Below, in pieces: positions 42,738 through 52,199 of a DNA stretch of 64,000 nucleotides. The translations under genes were made by a program, and so were the position numbers. The notes beneath the pieces are model-generated. The model saw nothing but the letters and a program-made list of their open reading frames with translations, had not been told where the DNA came from and ran no database searches. Each line of letters begins with the position of its first letter. Positions within the stretch are counted from its first letter, which is position 1. Source of the stretch: an uncultured Candidatus Binatia bacterium (GTDB lineage: Bacteria; Desulfobacterota; Binatia; Bin18); the NCBI GenBank assembly GCA_965203745.1, contig CBDBDK010000001.1:1955328-2019327 (forward strand). The letters run 5' to 3'.

Positions 42738-43679
42738 TTATGCTTTCCTACTCCTCTTCAGATGCTTTCGGGATCGCTGCCCCTTGGCCAAGTTCACCTC
42801 AGCGACTTCATTCGGACCAGCGGTCCACGTCCGATGATGTCGCCAGACGAGGGGGTCATGGCCGGGAATGAGGCGCTCGAGTTCGCGGCTCAAGGTCTTA
42901 CGAATATGCTCATAGGTAAAGAGTTGGTTAAACGGATTGCCCTGATTATAGCCGGGCGGCCACATCTTCTCGATATTTGAGTACCAATACACCGCATCAC
43001 CGGCGATGGCAAAAAGACCGTTGCGGGTTTGGACTTCAAACCACTGCGTGCCAAAGGTATGGGAATCCTTGGCCAAGTGAGCGGTAATGCCCGGCAAGAC
43101 TTCAACATCCCCCTCAATCAACGTGGCCCTGTCCTGACTGATCGCTATTGCCACGTTATGAATATCCTGCGGGTCAAGCGAGGACAGAATCCAGCTTCTC
43201 TCTCCCCCACCAAAATCTTTTGGCAAGGACAGGGTACGCAGCCAGCCCATGTACTCGTCCAGTTGAATATACAGGTGCGCGTTTGGAAAGGCTGAGAAAT
43301 TGCCAATATGATCAAAATGCAAATGCGTCACCAGAAGAGTATCCACATCTGTTGGGGTGAGTCCGATTTTTGCCAGTACGGTTGAGGGGTCTTCCCACCC
43401 AAAGAAGCGATAGCGCGACAGCCAGTCTTGGTTGCCGAACCCGGCATCAACCAGCACCACGTGTTTTTTCTGACCTTGCGCCCCCCCGACGAGCACGGTG
43501 TAGAGCATGGGAATCTGGATCGTGCCCTGGTTGCTCATGAGTCCTGAGCCACCAAAGAAGTCGTACGGCATGTCAGCCTGGCAATAGGCCAAGGTCCAGA
43601 TGGAATAATCCGTTGGCGGCTTTTCGCCTACCAGGTTTTGCGATTGAACCGCCCGCTTTCTTTTTTTGACCGCTGGCAT
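42738..43679 (-). CDS. MBL-fold metallo-hydrolase (lactonase-like)
   Basis: THLHFDHIGN (HxHxDH) and downstream His/Asp ligands. 313 aa. Confidence 0.7.
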   Translation of the reverse strand: MPAVKKRKRAVQSQNLVGEKPPTDYSIWTLAYCQADMPYDFFGGSGLMSNQGTIQIPMLYTVLVGGAQGQKKHVVLVDAGFGNQDWLSRYRFFGWEDPSTVLAKIGLTPTDVDTLLVTHLHFDHIGNFSAFPNAHLYIQLDEYMGWLRTLSLPKDFGGGERSWILSSLDPQDIHNVAIAISQDRATLIEGDVEVLPGITAHLAKDSHTFGTQWFEVQTRNGLFAIAGDAVYWYSNIEKMWPPGYNQGNPFNQLFTYEHIRKTLSRELERLIPGHDPLVWRHHRTWTAGPNEVAEVNLAKGQRSRKHLKRSRKA

Positions 43680-43984
43680 GGAGGCTTCCCTTCCTTGACT
43701 GCTCCATACTCATCATGAAGTGTCCCAGCGGACAAGCTACGATCAAAACTTCTGGTGTCCCACCGAACGACAGGTGAAAGCGTGGGGTTGCCGTGATAAT
43801 TTTTCTGAGGGCTCGTCTTGTCGCTCGTCGGATATTTCGATAGTGTCATCAAAACTTTGCGGCTTCGCGCACGAAGAGCGACGGTAAGCGGAACGTTCCT
43901 GAGATGCAAAATAAGGACAGGGGGCGCTCTATCGGCTCACCGCATGGATGCAATGCGCGGAAGTCAGACCAGAAAGGAGTTGGT

Positions 43985-45106
43985 ATGCGCATTGGTATTC
44001 AGATGGTGCTTCAAAACCATAAGGAGCACGATGATCGGGTGATGTACAAGAACGAGACCCGCCTCGCGATTGAATCCGAGGAGATGGGGTTCGATATCGT
44101 GTGGCCGGTGGAGCATCACTTTTTTGACTACTCCATTTGCCCGGATAATATGCAGTATCTGAGCTATATCGCCGCCAGGACGGAAAAACTGGAATTGGCC
44201 ACTGGCGCTATCATCGTGCCGTGGAATAACCCCATGCGGGCGGTGGAAAAAATGGTCCTGCTCGACCACCTGTCGGACGGACGGGCGGTCCTCGGCCTCG
44301 GACGCGGCCTTGCCCGGCGTGAGTATGCGGGTTTTGGCGTGGACATGGGCGAAGCGCGTGACCGTTTTAACGAGGCCGCAGAAATTATCGTGAAGGGCCT
44401 GGAAGACGGCTTTGTTGAAGCCGACACCAAATACTACAAGCAGCATCGCATCGAGGTGCGCCCCCGACCGATTAGGAGCTTCAAAGATAGACGCTACATG
44501 GTGTGCATGTCGCCCGAGTCTTTTGAGGTCGCGGCTCGGCTCGGTCTGGGAGCCATGATGTTCTCTCAGATGACCTGGGATAAAGTTGCCGACGGCATCA
44601 ACAATTACCGTGAGCTGTATCGCCAGTATAATAACGGCGAAGAGGCGCCTCCGGTGAACTGCGCCGACTTTGTCGTCTGCTCGCACGATGCCAAGAAGGC
44701 GGAAGCAATCGCGCGGGAAAAAATCGTGGGCTACTACTTCAGCGTGATGGAGCACTACGAGATGCTGGGCGACCACTTCGCGCAGACGGGCAAATCCTAC
44801 GCCCACTATGCCGAGGCGGCCAAGATGATGCGGGAAGCCGGCAATGAAGCCATTCTGGAAGACTTTCTGGCTGCCAATCTATGGGGCACGCCAGACATGA
44901 TCATCGAGAAGCTGGAAACACGGCGTGGCCAGATCGGTGAATTTGAGGTCAACGGCTGCTTCAGCTTCCAGAGCCAGCCGTTTGATCAGGTCGAAGACAG
45001 CATGCGTCTCTTTGCCAAAGAAGTTGGTCCGATGATGCATGCCTGGACTCCGCAAGCCAAAGCACCGGTCGATGTGGCCGCTGCTGAAGCTCGCGTTGGC
45101 AAGTAA
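43985..45106 (+). CDS. LLM-class (luciferase-like) flavin-dependent oxidoreductase
   Basis: MRIGIQM...TIM-barrel LLM signature (FDIVWPVEHHF, LGLGRG). AAAGGAG RBS sits 6 nt before the ATG at 43985. Confidence 0.75.
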   Translation: MRIGIQMVLQNHKEHDDRVMYKNETRLAIESEEMGFDIVWPVEHHFFDYSICPDNMQYLSYIAARTEKLELATGAIIVPWNNPMRAVEKMVLLDHLSDGRAVLGLGRGLARREYAGFGVDMGEARDRFNEAAEIIVKGLEDGFVEADTKYYKQHRIEVRPRPIRSFKDRRYMVCMSPESFEVAARLGLGAMMFSQMTWDKVADGINNYRELYRQYNNGEEAPPVNCADFVVCSHDAKKAEAIAREKIVGYYFSVMEHYEMLGDHFAQTGKSYAHYAEAAKMMREAGNEAILEDFLAANLWGTPDMIIEKLETRRGQIGEFEVNGCFSFQSQPFDQVEDSMRLFAKEVGPMMHAWTPQAKAPVDVAAAEARVGK

Positions 45107-45121
45107 ATCTTCTCTTTAACC

Positions 45122-45150
45122 AGACGGGCGGAGTCATCCTCCGTCCGTCT
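45122..45150. terminator. strong hairpin between convergent LLM and YdjM-like genes (candidate bidirectional terminator)
   Basis: agacgggcggag-tcatc-ctccgtccgtct forms a 12-bp stem with one G.U pair. No clear U-tract on either side. Confidence 0.35.
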
Positions 45151-45171
45151 GTCGTCTACAATCCTACGCCC

Positions 45172-45690
45172 TCATTCCGGTCCATTCCCACGTAGCGAGC
45201 GACTGACTGGCGTCATGAGGCAGAGCAGCCCATGGATGCCGAGCCACAGCCGGTCAAGAGTACCACCCGGCAGCCAGCGGACATTGCCATAGTCGATGAT
45301 GTCCCACCACAGATGACTTGCTAGGCCGACTCCATACCCGGCCACCAGGATATGCAGGAAGCGCGCCTGTCGTCTGACCAGCAGGACCAGGACAAAGAAA
45401 GATATACTGCTGTGGAAGAGGGGGTTGCGATGGCCGCCGATACCCAGCAGCCGGATATCCAGGTCAGGGAAGACCGTTCCCAGGTAGCACGGCACAAGGG
45501 CTGCGAGAGAAACGCCGACTGCCTGACCGATATTGGCCCGGTTGCCGCCGTTTGCCGCCATATAGCCCAGGAGCAGCAGGATACCGACCAGGCTGTGCTC
45601 AAGCCCGGTCAGCGCTCTTTTGCCCGAAGAAGCCGAGTATACCCCAGTTGGGCACCAAGGCCATGCCGAAGGCCACGGCAAGCGTGACAA
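45172..45690 (-). CDS. membrane-bound metal-dependent hydrolase, YdjM-like (PF04307)
   Basis: Aligns with E. coli YdjM from VFPDLDIRLLGIGGHRNPLFHS to LASHLWWDIIDYGNVRWLPG. Confidence 0.55.
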   Translation of the reverse strand: MSRLPWPSAWPWCPTGVYSASSGKRALTGLEHSLVGILLLLGYMAANGGNRANIGQAVGVSLAALVPCYLGTVFPDLDIRLLGIGGHRNPLFHSSISFFVLVLLVRRQARFLHILVAGYGVGLASHLWWDIIDYGNVRWLPGGTLDRLWLGIHGLLCLMTPVSRSLRGNGPE

Positions 45691-45758
45691 GGACCCTGAT
45701 GACCTGCTTCCCTTGAGCCATCTCCATCTCGTCTATGGAGCTATTGCCCCAATCTCGA

Positions 45759-46379
45759 TTAGCCATTTTTTCGTTGTATCCAATACTGTGGAGGTTCGGC
45801 CGAGAGGAGGCTATGGCCGGTGAGGCGACACCAGGCGGGAATATCCGCTGGCGCGCCGGGGTCTTGGGCAATGAGGACCAGGACTTGGCCTGGGTGCATG
45901 GACTTGAGACGTAGGCGGAGTTTCAAAACCAGCTCGCCGCAGGCCATGTCTCCAGCATCCCAGGTGCCGTTTGGGGCGGCTGGGATGTCCGCTGCCGGCG
46001 TTGCCATGTGAGTCTGGGGTTGTGAGGGAGTGGCGGGCCAGATACAGGCGGGCTGTTCAATGGATTGGTCTTCTTGTTGGCTTGCCCAGTTCCAACCGCT
46101 GCGGTAGCAGGTCTGGCGGCGGATATAACTGTAAGCGTCTCTCAAGAAATCTGCTGGTGAACGTCCTAAGCCACTGGCAAGGCAGGCGGTACAGTGCGGG
46201 GTTGTTTTGAATCCGGTTACGACGCTCAGGACGTATTCGTGGAAGCAAATAGACCGTGAGCAGCGAAAGCAGGTTGGATTGCTGAGCTGGGTGAGTTCTT
46301 TGAGGATTTCGACCGTGCGCTGTTCCTCGGCGTCCAGGTCGTCATCGATAGCAGGGAAGGGGGGCTGGTCGGGTTTCAT
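45759..46379 (-). CDS. hypothetical protein with C-terminal TusA-like domain (CPxP replaced by CGEL) and Cys-rich N-terminal region
   Basis: The C-terminal 70 aa align with E. coli TusA (DAGDMACGELVL...VLVLIAQDPGAPADIPAWCRLTGHSLL...YWIQRKNG). The N-terminus carries CxxC....H....HCxxC. Confidence 0.5.
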   Translation of the reverse strand: MKPDQPPFPAIDDDLDAEEQRTVEILKELTQLSNPTCFRCSRSICFHEYVLSVVTGFKTTPHCTACLASGLGRSPADFLRDAYSYIRRQTCYRSGWNWASQQEDQSIEQPACIWPATPSQPQTHMATPAADIPAAPNGTWDAGDMACGELVLKLRLRLKSMHPGQVLVLIAQDPGAPADIPAWCRLTGHSLLSAEPPQYWIQRKNG

Positions 46380-46870
46380 TGTGTCTGGTCGGCTTTCCTG
46401 AATTCGTTCTCTAAAAAGTCGGAAAAACTCGCGCTAAACCGTCGTGGTGTCGAGGCAAACCACTCCCGAATTCCCTTTTGGGTAAAATATTGGCGTAAGG
46501 TTTCACACCAGCGCTCCCACTGTCCCTGGTCTAAGGCTCCCTGGGTGTATTGATAGAAGAAGTTTTCACCAGCGGAGAAGGAATAATACATGATCAGATC
46601 AAAACGGTGTCGCTCGTCTTCGGCCAGCGCGGTGTAGTCTTCCGATCCAACGCGTAAAATCCGAGAAAGATCAGGATTCTCGGCCACCAGAGCAATATAG
46701 TCGAGTCGGGTGGTTGTCAGGGCGTGATGGGTGGAGTTGCGGACCGCGCGCGTATTCTGCCGTACCTGGATGGCGAGATAGACCAGCGAGACGATGACGC
46801 CAACCGCACTTACGATCTCGGCAACTGCCCCAATAGCTTTGAAATCCATACTCCTGCGCATACTGACCAT
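46376..46870 (-). CDS. hypothetical membrane-anchored protein
   Basis: 164 aa with one N-terminal TM helix (AIGAVAEIVSAVGVIVSLVYLAI). Its stop overlaps the start of the TusA-like ORF (ATGA), suggesting translational coupling. No family recognised. Confidence 0.35.
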   Translation of the reverse strand: MVSMRRSMDFKAIGAVAEIVSAVGVIVSLVYLAIQVRQNTRAVRNSTHHALTTTRLDYIALVAENPDLSRILRVGSEDYTALAEDERHRFDLIMYYSFSAGENFFYQYTQGALDQGQWERWCETLRQYFTQKGIREWFASTPRRFSASFSDFLENEFRKADQTQ

Positions 46871-47021
46871 TTTTGACAGCTTGGTGCAAGTTCGTTATGG
46901 CAGCAACGATCTTGACCCTGGCACCCAGAGGGCTTATCGTGCCCGCGAAACAGTACGTGCGCTGATATGAAGAGTAAACGTATCCTCCAATAGACAGGTA
47001 GATGCTGGACACGTTCACTCT

Positions 47022-48251
47022 TTGCGGAACGATATGGGAACACAGGACAGTCAACCTGGTGGGCCACTGGCCGGTATCCGGGTCATTGAATGTGGCGTTC
47101 TTCTGGCCGGCCCGTTTTGTGCCCGTCTGCTCGCCGACTTCGGGGCTGAAGTCATTAAAGTCGAAGCCCCCCACAAGGGCGACCCCATGCGCACGGTCGG
47201 CCAGTCTCTGGTGGACGGCAAAAGTCTGTGGTGGCCGAGCGTGGCCCGCAATAAGAAATGTATTTCCCTCAACCTGCGTGACCCCGAAGGACAGGAGCTG
47301 CTGCGCCGCCTGGTCTGTCAATCCGATGTTCTGGTGGAAAATTTTCGTCCCGGAGTGTTTGAAGAATGGGGCCTCGGCTATGAGGTCCTGCGTGAGTTGA
47401 ACCCGGGTCTCGTCTTTGCCCGCGTCTCCGGGTACGGCCAAACCGGCCCGTATCGGGAAAAACCCGGCTTTGCCGCGGTAGCCGAGGCCTTTGGCGGGCT
47501 GCGCCATCTGGTCGGCTTTCCGGACCGGCCTCCCTGTCGGGTGGGTATCAGCATTGGTGACTCCCTGGCTGGTATGTTTGCCGCGCTGGGCACGCTGATG
47601 GCGCTCTACAATCGTGATGTCAACGGCGGAACCGGCCAGGTGATCGATACGGCTTTATATGAAGCCGTGTTTGCCGTGCTGGAGGCGACCCTGACGGAAT
47701 ACGAAAAAACCGGCTACCAGCGGACACGGACCGGGACCCTCCTGCCTGGGTTTGCGCCGTCCAACCTCTATCCGTGTAAAAACGAGCAGTGGATTGTGAT
47801 TGCCGCCAACACCGATGGTCTGTTCAGGCGGCTGTGTACCCTCATGGGTCGAGAAGAATTGCTCACTGACCCCCGTTTCGAGAACCAGGTCGTGCGGGCT
47901 GAAAACCGTGAGGCCATCGATGCTATTGTCTCAGACTGGACGGCGACCTATGAGCTGTCAGCATTGCTGCCGCGGGTCGAGGGCGCAACCATTCCCGCCG
48001 GTCCGGTCTACAGCATAGCAGATATCGTTCACGACCCGCATTTTGCGGCGCGCGACATGCTGGTTTCCCTGCACGACCGGGTCCTGGGTGAACTCAAAAT
48101 GCCCGGCATCGTCCCCAAACTCAGCGAGACTCCCGGCGAGGCCCGTTGGTCGGGACCGGCAATCGGAGAACATAACCAAGAGGTCTATTCTGGTTTATTA
48201 CATTTTAGCTCAGATGAACTGGCCGCCCTGACCGCACGCGGCGTCATTTGA
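47022..48251 (+). CDS. family III CoA-transferase (CaiB/BaiF), paralog 1
   Basis: GIRVIECGVLLAGPFCARLLADFGAEVIKVE N-terminal signature. ~400 aa. Confidence 0.8.
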   Translation: MRNDMGTQDSQPGGPLAGIRVIECGVLLAGPFCARLLADFGAEVIKVEAPHKGDPMRTVGQSLVDGKSLWWPSVARNKKCISLNLRDPEGQELLRRLVCQSDVLVENFRPGVFEEWGLGYEVLRELNPGLVFARVSGYGQTGPYREKPGFAAVAEAFGGLRHLVGFPDRPPCRVGISIGDSLAGMFAALGTLMALYNRDVNGGTGQVIDTALYEAVFAVLEATLTEYEKTGYQRTRTGTLLPGFAPSNLYPCKNEQWIVIAANTDGLFRRLCTLMGREELLTDPRFENQVVRAENREAIDAIVSDWTATYELSALLPRVEGATIPAGPVYSIADIVHDPHFAARDMLVSLHDRVLGELKMPGIVPKLSETPGEARWSGPAIGEHNQEVYSGLLHFSSDELAALTARGVI

Positions 48252-48282
48252 ACAATCAAAGCCTCAACAAAGGAGGACTGTT

Positions 48283-49488
48283 ATGGCTGAACAACTCCTG
48301 TCAGGGATTAACGTCGTTGAGTGCGGCAATCTGGTTTCTGCCGCTTATACCGGCAAGCTGCTCGCCGACTTTGGTGCGGATGTGGTCAAAGTCGAAGAGT
48401 TGGGCGGTGACGTCTCCCGACAACGCGGCCCCTTTCCCGGCGATACCCCGCATGCCGAGAAGAGCGGTCTGTTCCTATACCTGAACGCCAATAAACAAGG
48501 CGTCACGCTGAATCTGCACGAACCCAAAGGGCAGGCGGTCTTGCAGAATTTATGTGCCCGGGCCGATATTCTGCTGCATAATTACAGCCCGCGCGAGATG
48601 CCCGAGGTCGGCCTGGATTACGAAAAACTGCGTCAGATCAATCCGGGCCTGATTATGACCTCGATTTCTTACTTTGGTCAGACCGGCCCGCACCGTGACT
48701 ATCACGGCTATGACCTGACGGCGAGTAACGCCGGAGGATGGGCGTTCATCAGCCCGGGTGCCTCCGATTACCCGGACCTGCCACCCCTCAAAGCGTTTGG
48801 CCATCAGACCGACTTTCAGGGCGGGGTGCACGCTGGCGTCGCAACGCTTGGCGCATATTACCATAAATGCCTGACGGGCGAAGGCCAGCACCTCGATGTC
48901 TCCGTCCAAGAGTGTATTGCTGCCATCCTGGAAATGAATTTTATGCACTACACCTATAGCGGTCTGGAAACATCGCGGCTGGGACGACGGTCCATCTATC
49001 CCTGGTGCATGCTCGACTGTAAAGACGGAAAACTCTTTGTGGTTTGTGTGGAAGAAGACCAGTGGCAGCGCTTTGTCGAGCTGATGGGCAACCCTGAATG
49101 GGCGACCCTGGAGATTTTTGCCGACCGCGTCGTCCGAGGGCAGAACTATGACGCCCTGATGCCCTTTCTTCAAGAGTTCGCCGCAGAGTGGACGGTTGCC
49201 GACCTGTATAAAGTCGGTCAAGAGCGCCGTATCTGTATGGCCCCGGTAAACACCATGTCAGACTTGATGGCCTCGGAGCATCTCAAGGCGCGTGAATTCT
49301 TTACGGAAATCAGTCATCAGGTCGCGGGCACGCTGCAATATCCGGGTGCCCCTTTTAAGGTGGAGGAGGTTGGCTATGCCGTGCGTCGTCCGGCGCCGCA
49401 GCTTGGCGAGCATAATAATGAGGTCTACGCCCGGATTGGATTCTCTCAGGCCGAGATCGATGAGCTGAAGCAGGGCGGGATTGTTTAA
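48283..49488 (+). CDS. family III CoA-transferase (CaiB/BaiF), paralog 2
   Basis: GINVVECGNLVSAAYTGKLLADFGADVVKVE. 401 aa. Confidence 0.8.
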   Translation: MAEQLLSGINVVECGNLVSAAYTGKLLADFGADVVKVEELGGDVSRQRGPFPGDTPHAEKSGLFLYLNANKQGVTLNLHEPKGQAVLQNLCARADILLHNYSPREMPEVGLDYEKLRQINPGLIMTSISYFGQTGPHRDYHGYDLTASNAGGWAFISPGASDYPDLPPLKAFGHQTDFQGGVHAGVATLGAYYHKCLTGEGQHLDVSVQECIAAILEMNFMHYTYSGLETSRLGRRSIYPWCMLDCKDGKLFVVCVEEDQWQRFVELMGNPEWATLEIFADRVVRGQNYDALMPFLQEFAAEWTVADLYKVGQERRICMAPVNTMSDLMASEHLKAREFFTEISHQVAGTLQYPGAPFKVEEVGYAVRRPAPQLGEHNNEVYARIGFSQAEIDELKQGGIV

Positions 49489-49514
49489 GGGAGCCGACCG
49501 CAAAGGAGAACGTC

Positions 49515-50732
49515 ATGGCACGACGACCGTTAGAAGGCATTCGCGTAACCGATTTTACCTGGGCCTGGGCAGGACCGTACTGTACGCTCCAAATGGCGCA
49601 TATGGGCGCGGAAGTGATTCGGATTGAGAGTGAAAAGCGTCCGTGCGTCACCCGTTTGATCCCGCCGTTTGCGGACAACGAACCTGGGCCGAACCGGGCC
49701 GGCTATTTCAACCAATACAGCCAGGGTAAGAAAAGCCTCCAGCTTGATCTGGCCCGGCCCGAGGCGTCTGAGATTGTCAAAAAACTCATTGCCAAGAGCG
49801 ATATTGTCGTGCAGAACTTCTCAACCGGGGCGATTAACCGCATGGGTTTTGGCTATGACACGCTCAAGGAACTCAAACCCGATATCATTATGATTTCAAT
49901 CTGCGGCTACGGGCAAACCGGTCCCGAACGCCACTATATGGGCTATGGGCCGGCTTCCGTTCCGTTGGCAGGAATCTCATCCTTGACCGGTTATCCAGGG
50001 GTTGGGCCGGCGGAGATCGGTATGTCGTATGGCGACCCGAACGCCGGCATCTTTGGTTCGTTTGCCGCCATGGCCGCGCTGGCCTATCGCCACCGCACCG
50101 GCAAGGGGATTCACGTTGACCTGGCATTATGGGAAGCCCTGCTCGTCCTGATGCCCGAAGGCATCATGGATTATATGATGAATCAGACCCAGCCTGAGCG
50201 CGACGGCAACCGGGATCGCTGGATGGCACCCCACGGCTGTTTTAAGTGTAAGGGCGACGCCGAGAAGTGGGTGACGATCGTGTGCGGTAGCGACGCGGAA
50301 TGGCAGGCCCTGTGTCAGGCCATCGGTCAACCGGAACTGGCCACGGATAAACGTTTTACCGATGCGGCAGCTCGGAAGGCGAACGAGGATGCGCTCGAAG
50401 AAATTATCACAGCCTGGACGAGCGAACGCGACCGCTGGGAGGTGACGGAGGTGCTGCAGAAAGCCGGCGTGGCTGCTTACCCGTCTCAGAGCAATAAAGA
50501 CTTGGCAACCAATCCGCATCTCGAAGAACGTGGCTATCTCGTGCAAAAAGAACATCCCGAATTCGGCAGACGCATCCACGCCGGCATCCCGTGGCAGATG
50601 AGCGGCTCTCCGTGCGAAGTGCAGGCCGCCGCCCCACAGCGTGGGCAACATACGGACTATGTGTTGCAGGAGCTTCTTGGCTATTCCGGCGACGAGGTGC
50701 AAAAGCTGCGAGACGAGCAGGTGTTGACCTAA
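49515..50732 (+). CDS. family III CoA-transferase (CaiB/BaiF), paralog 3
   Basis: GIRVTDFTWAWAGPYCTLQMAHMGAEVIRIE. 405 aa. Confidence 0.8.
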   Translation: MARRPLEGIRVTDFTWAWAGPYCTLQMAHMGAEVIRIESEKRPCVTRLIPPFADNEPGPNRAGYFNQYSQGKKSLQLDLARPEASEIVKKLIAKSDIVVQNFSTGAINRMGFGYDTLKELKPDIIMISICGYGQTGPERHYMGYGPASVPLAGISSLTGYPGVGPAEIGMSYGDPNAGIFGSFAAMAALAYRHRTGKGIHVDLALWEALLVLMPEGIMDYMMNQTQPERDGNRDRWMAPHGCFKCKGDAEKWVTIVCGSDAEWQALCQAIGQPELATDKRFTDAAARKANEDALEEIITAWTSERDRWEVTEVLQKAGVAAYPSQSNKDLATNPHLEERGYLVQKEHPEFGRRIHAGIPWQMSGSPCEVQAAAPQRGQHTDYVLQELLGYSGDEVQKLRDEQVLT

Positions 50733-50941
50733 CTCCGAGAGGGGAGGGTAGCCTGATTGCTGAACTGTGGGTGTAGGGCGGGTTGCGCTCGGGCCGACCT
50801 TCGCTCCATGAGAGCATGAGAAGAGTACCACCTTGCATCGGTGGTGGCTTGTGGCTAGGATCGCGGCAGTTCATATAACTGAACCTTCATTCAGCCATTC
50901 GGCCAAACTACTCTATAATTATTGAGAGAAGGGGACTCAGT

Positions 50942-52186
50942 ATGGCAGGCGCGTCACGTCAGGGTATGTTAGCTGGCTATAAAGTGCTGGACTTTACGCA
51001 GATTGTCGCCGGACCGACGACGACGCGCCTCCTGGCTGAAATGGGGGCTGAGGTCATTAAGGTTGAACAGGCTCCGAAAGGAGACCCGGCCCGCCTCAAC
51101 GGGATTCTGAAAAAAGGCCGGAGCGGCTATTTCATTCAGCACAATGTCTGCAAACAAAGCCTGTGTGTGAATCTCAAAACGGAGGAAGGGCGGGACATCG
51201 TACGCGGGCTCATTCCGCATATGGATGTGGTGGTCGAGAACTATAGTCCGGGTGCGATCAAACGGCTCGGTTTTGCCTATGAAGAACTGCAAGAGCTGAA
51301 CCCGCGTATCATCATGTGCTCGATCTCGGCCCTTGGTCAGACCGGCCCGCTGTCCCATGTGCCCGGCTATGATTTCATCGCCCAAGCGTATTCCGGCTTT
51401 AATGAAGTCACTGGCGAACGCGGCCGGGCGCCGGCCATGCCCCAGGCTGCGATTGGCGATGTGAGTACAGGAGTACATGCCTTCGGCGCGATTGCGTGTG
51501 CGCTGTTGCACCGTGAGCGGACAGGCGAAGGCCAGTATATCGACGTGTCGCTGCTCGATGCCTACATCCATTCGCACGACTTTACGATCCAGTCGCATAG
51601 CGCCTCGGGTGGCAAATTCGTCCCGACACGGAGTGGCGCTCACCATATGGGGCTGGCCCCGTGCGGTATTTTCCAGGCAAAAGATGGGTTCGTCGTCATC
51701 GTGGGTGCCCTGGACCATCAGTGGCAGGGCGTGGCGCGAACCATTGGACATCCGGAATTTGTGGAAGACCCGCGCTTCCGTACCAATCGGGATCGGGTCC
51801 ATCATAAAAAAGAACTCATCCAGGCTATTGAGGCCTGGCTCGACACCATGCCGAATCGGGAAGAGGCGGTCGCGGCTCTGCACCGTGAACGCGTGCCGGC
51901 CGCACCGGTTTTGACCATTCCGGAAGTGGTCAACCACCCCCATTTGCTTGAGCGGGAAGCCATCCGGCCGATACAGGATAAGGTGTTGGGTGATTTTGTT
52001 CTGCCTGGGTTTCCATTCCGATTTTCGAGCTCAGCTAGAACCGATGCCCCGTTTGAAGCGCCGGATTTGGGCGAACATAATGAGTCTGTCCTCCGCAATT
52101 ATCTGGCCTATACCGCTGACCAACTGGAGCGGTTAGCGCAGGACGGCATCCTTGTCAGCCGCCCAACTCCTGTAGAATACGAGTAA
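50942..52186 (+). CDS. family III CoA-transferase (CaiB/BaiF), paralog 4
   Basis: GYKVLDFTQIVAGPTTTRLLAEMGAEVIKVE. 414 aa. Preceded by a 209-nt spacer with a TATAAT-like element. Confidence 0.8.
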   Translation: MAGASRQGMLAGYKVLDFTQIVAGPTTTRLLAEMGAEVIKVEQAPKGDPARLNGILKKGRSGYFIQHNVCKQSLCVNLKTEEGRDIVRGLIPHMDVVVENYSPGAIKRLGFAYEELQELNPRIIMCSISALGQTGPLSHVPGYDFIAQAYSGFNEVTGERGRAPAMPQAAIGDVSTGVHAFGAIACALLHRERTGEGQYIDVSLLDAYIHSHDFTIQSHSASGGKFVPTRSGAHHMGLAPCGIFQAKDGFVVIVGALDHQWQGVARTIGHPEFVEDPRFRTNRDRVHHKKELIQAIEAWLDTMPNREEAVAALHRERVPAAPVLTIPEVVNHPHLLEREAIRPIQDKVLGDFVLPGFPFRFSSSARTDAPFEAPDLGEHNESVLRNYLAYTADQLERLAQDGILVSRPTPVEYE

Positions 52187-52199
52187 GGAAAGATATTTC

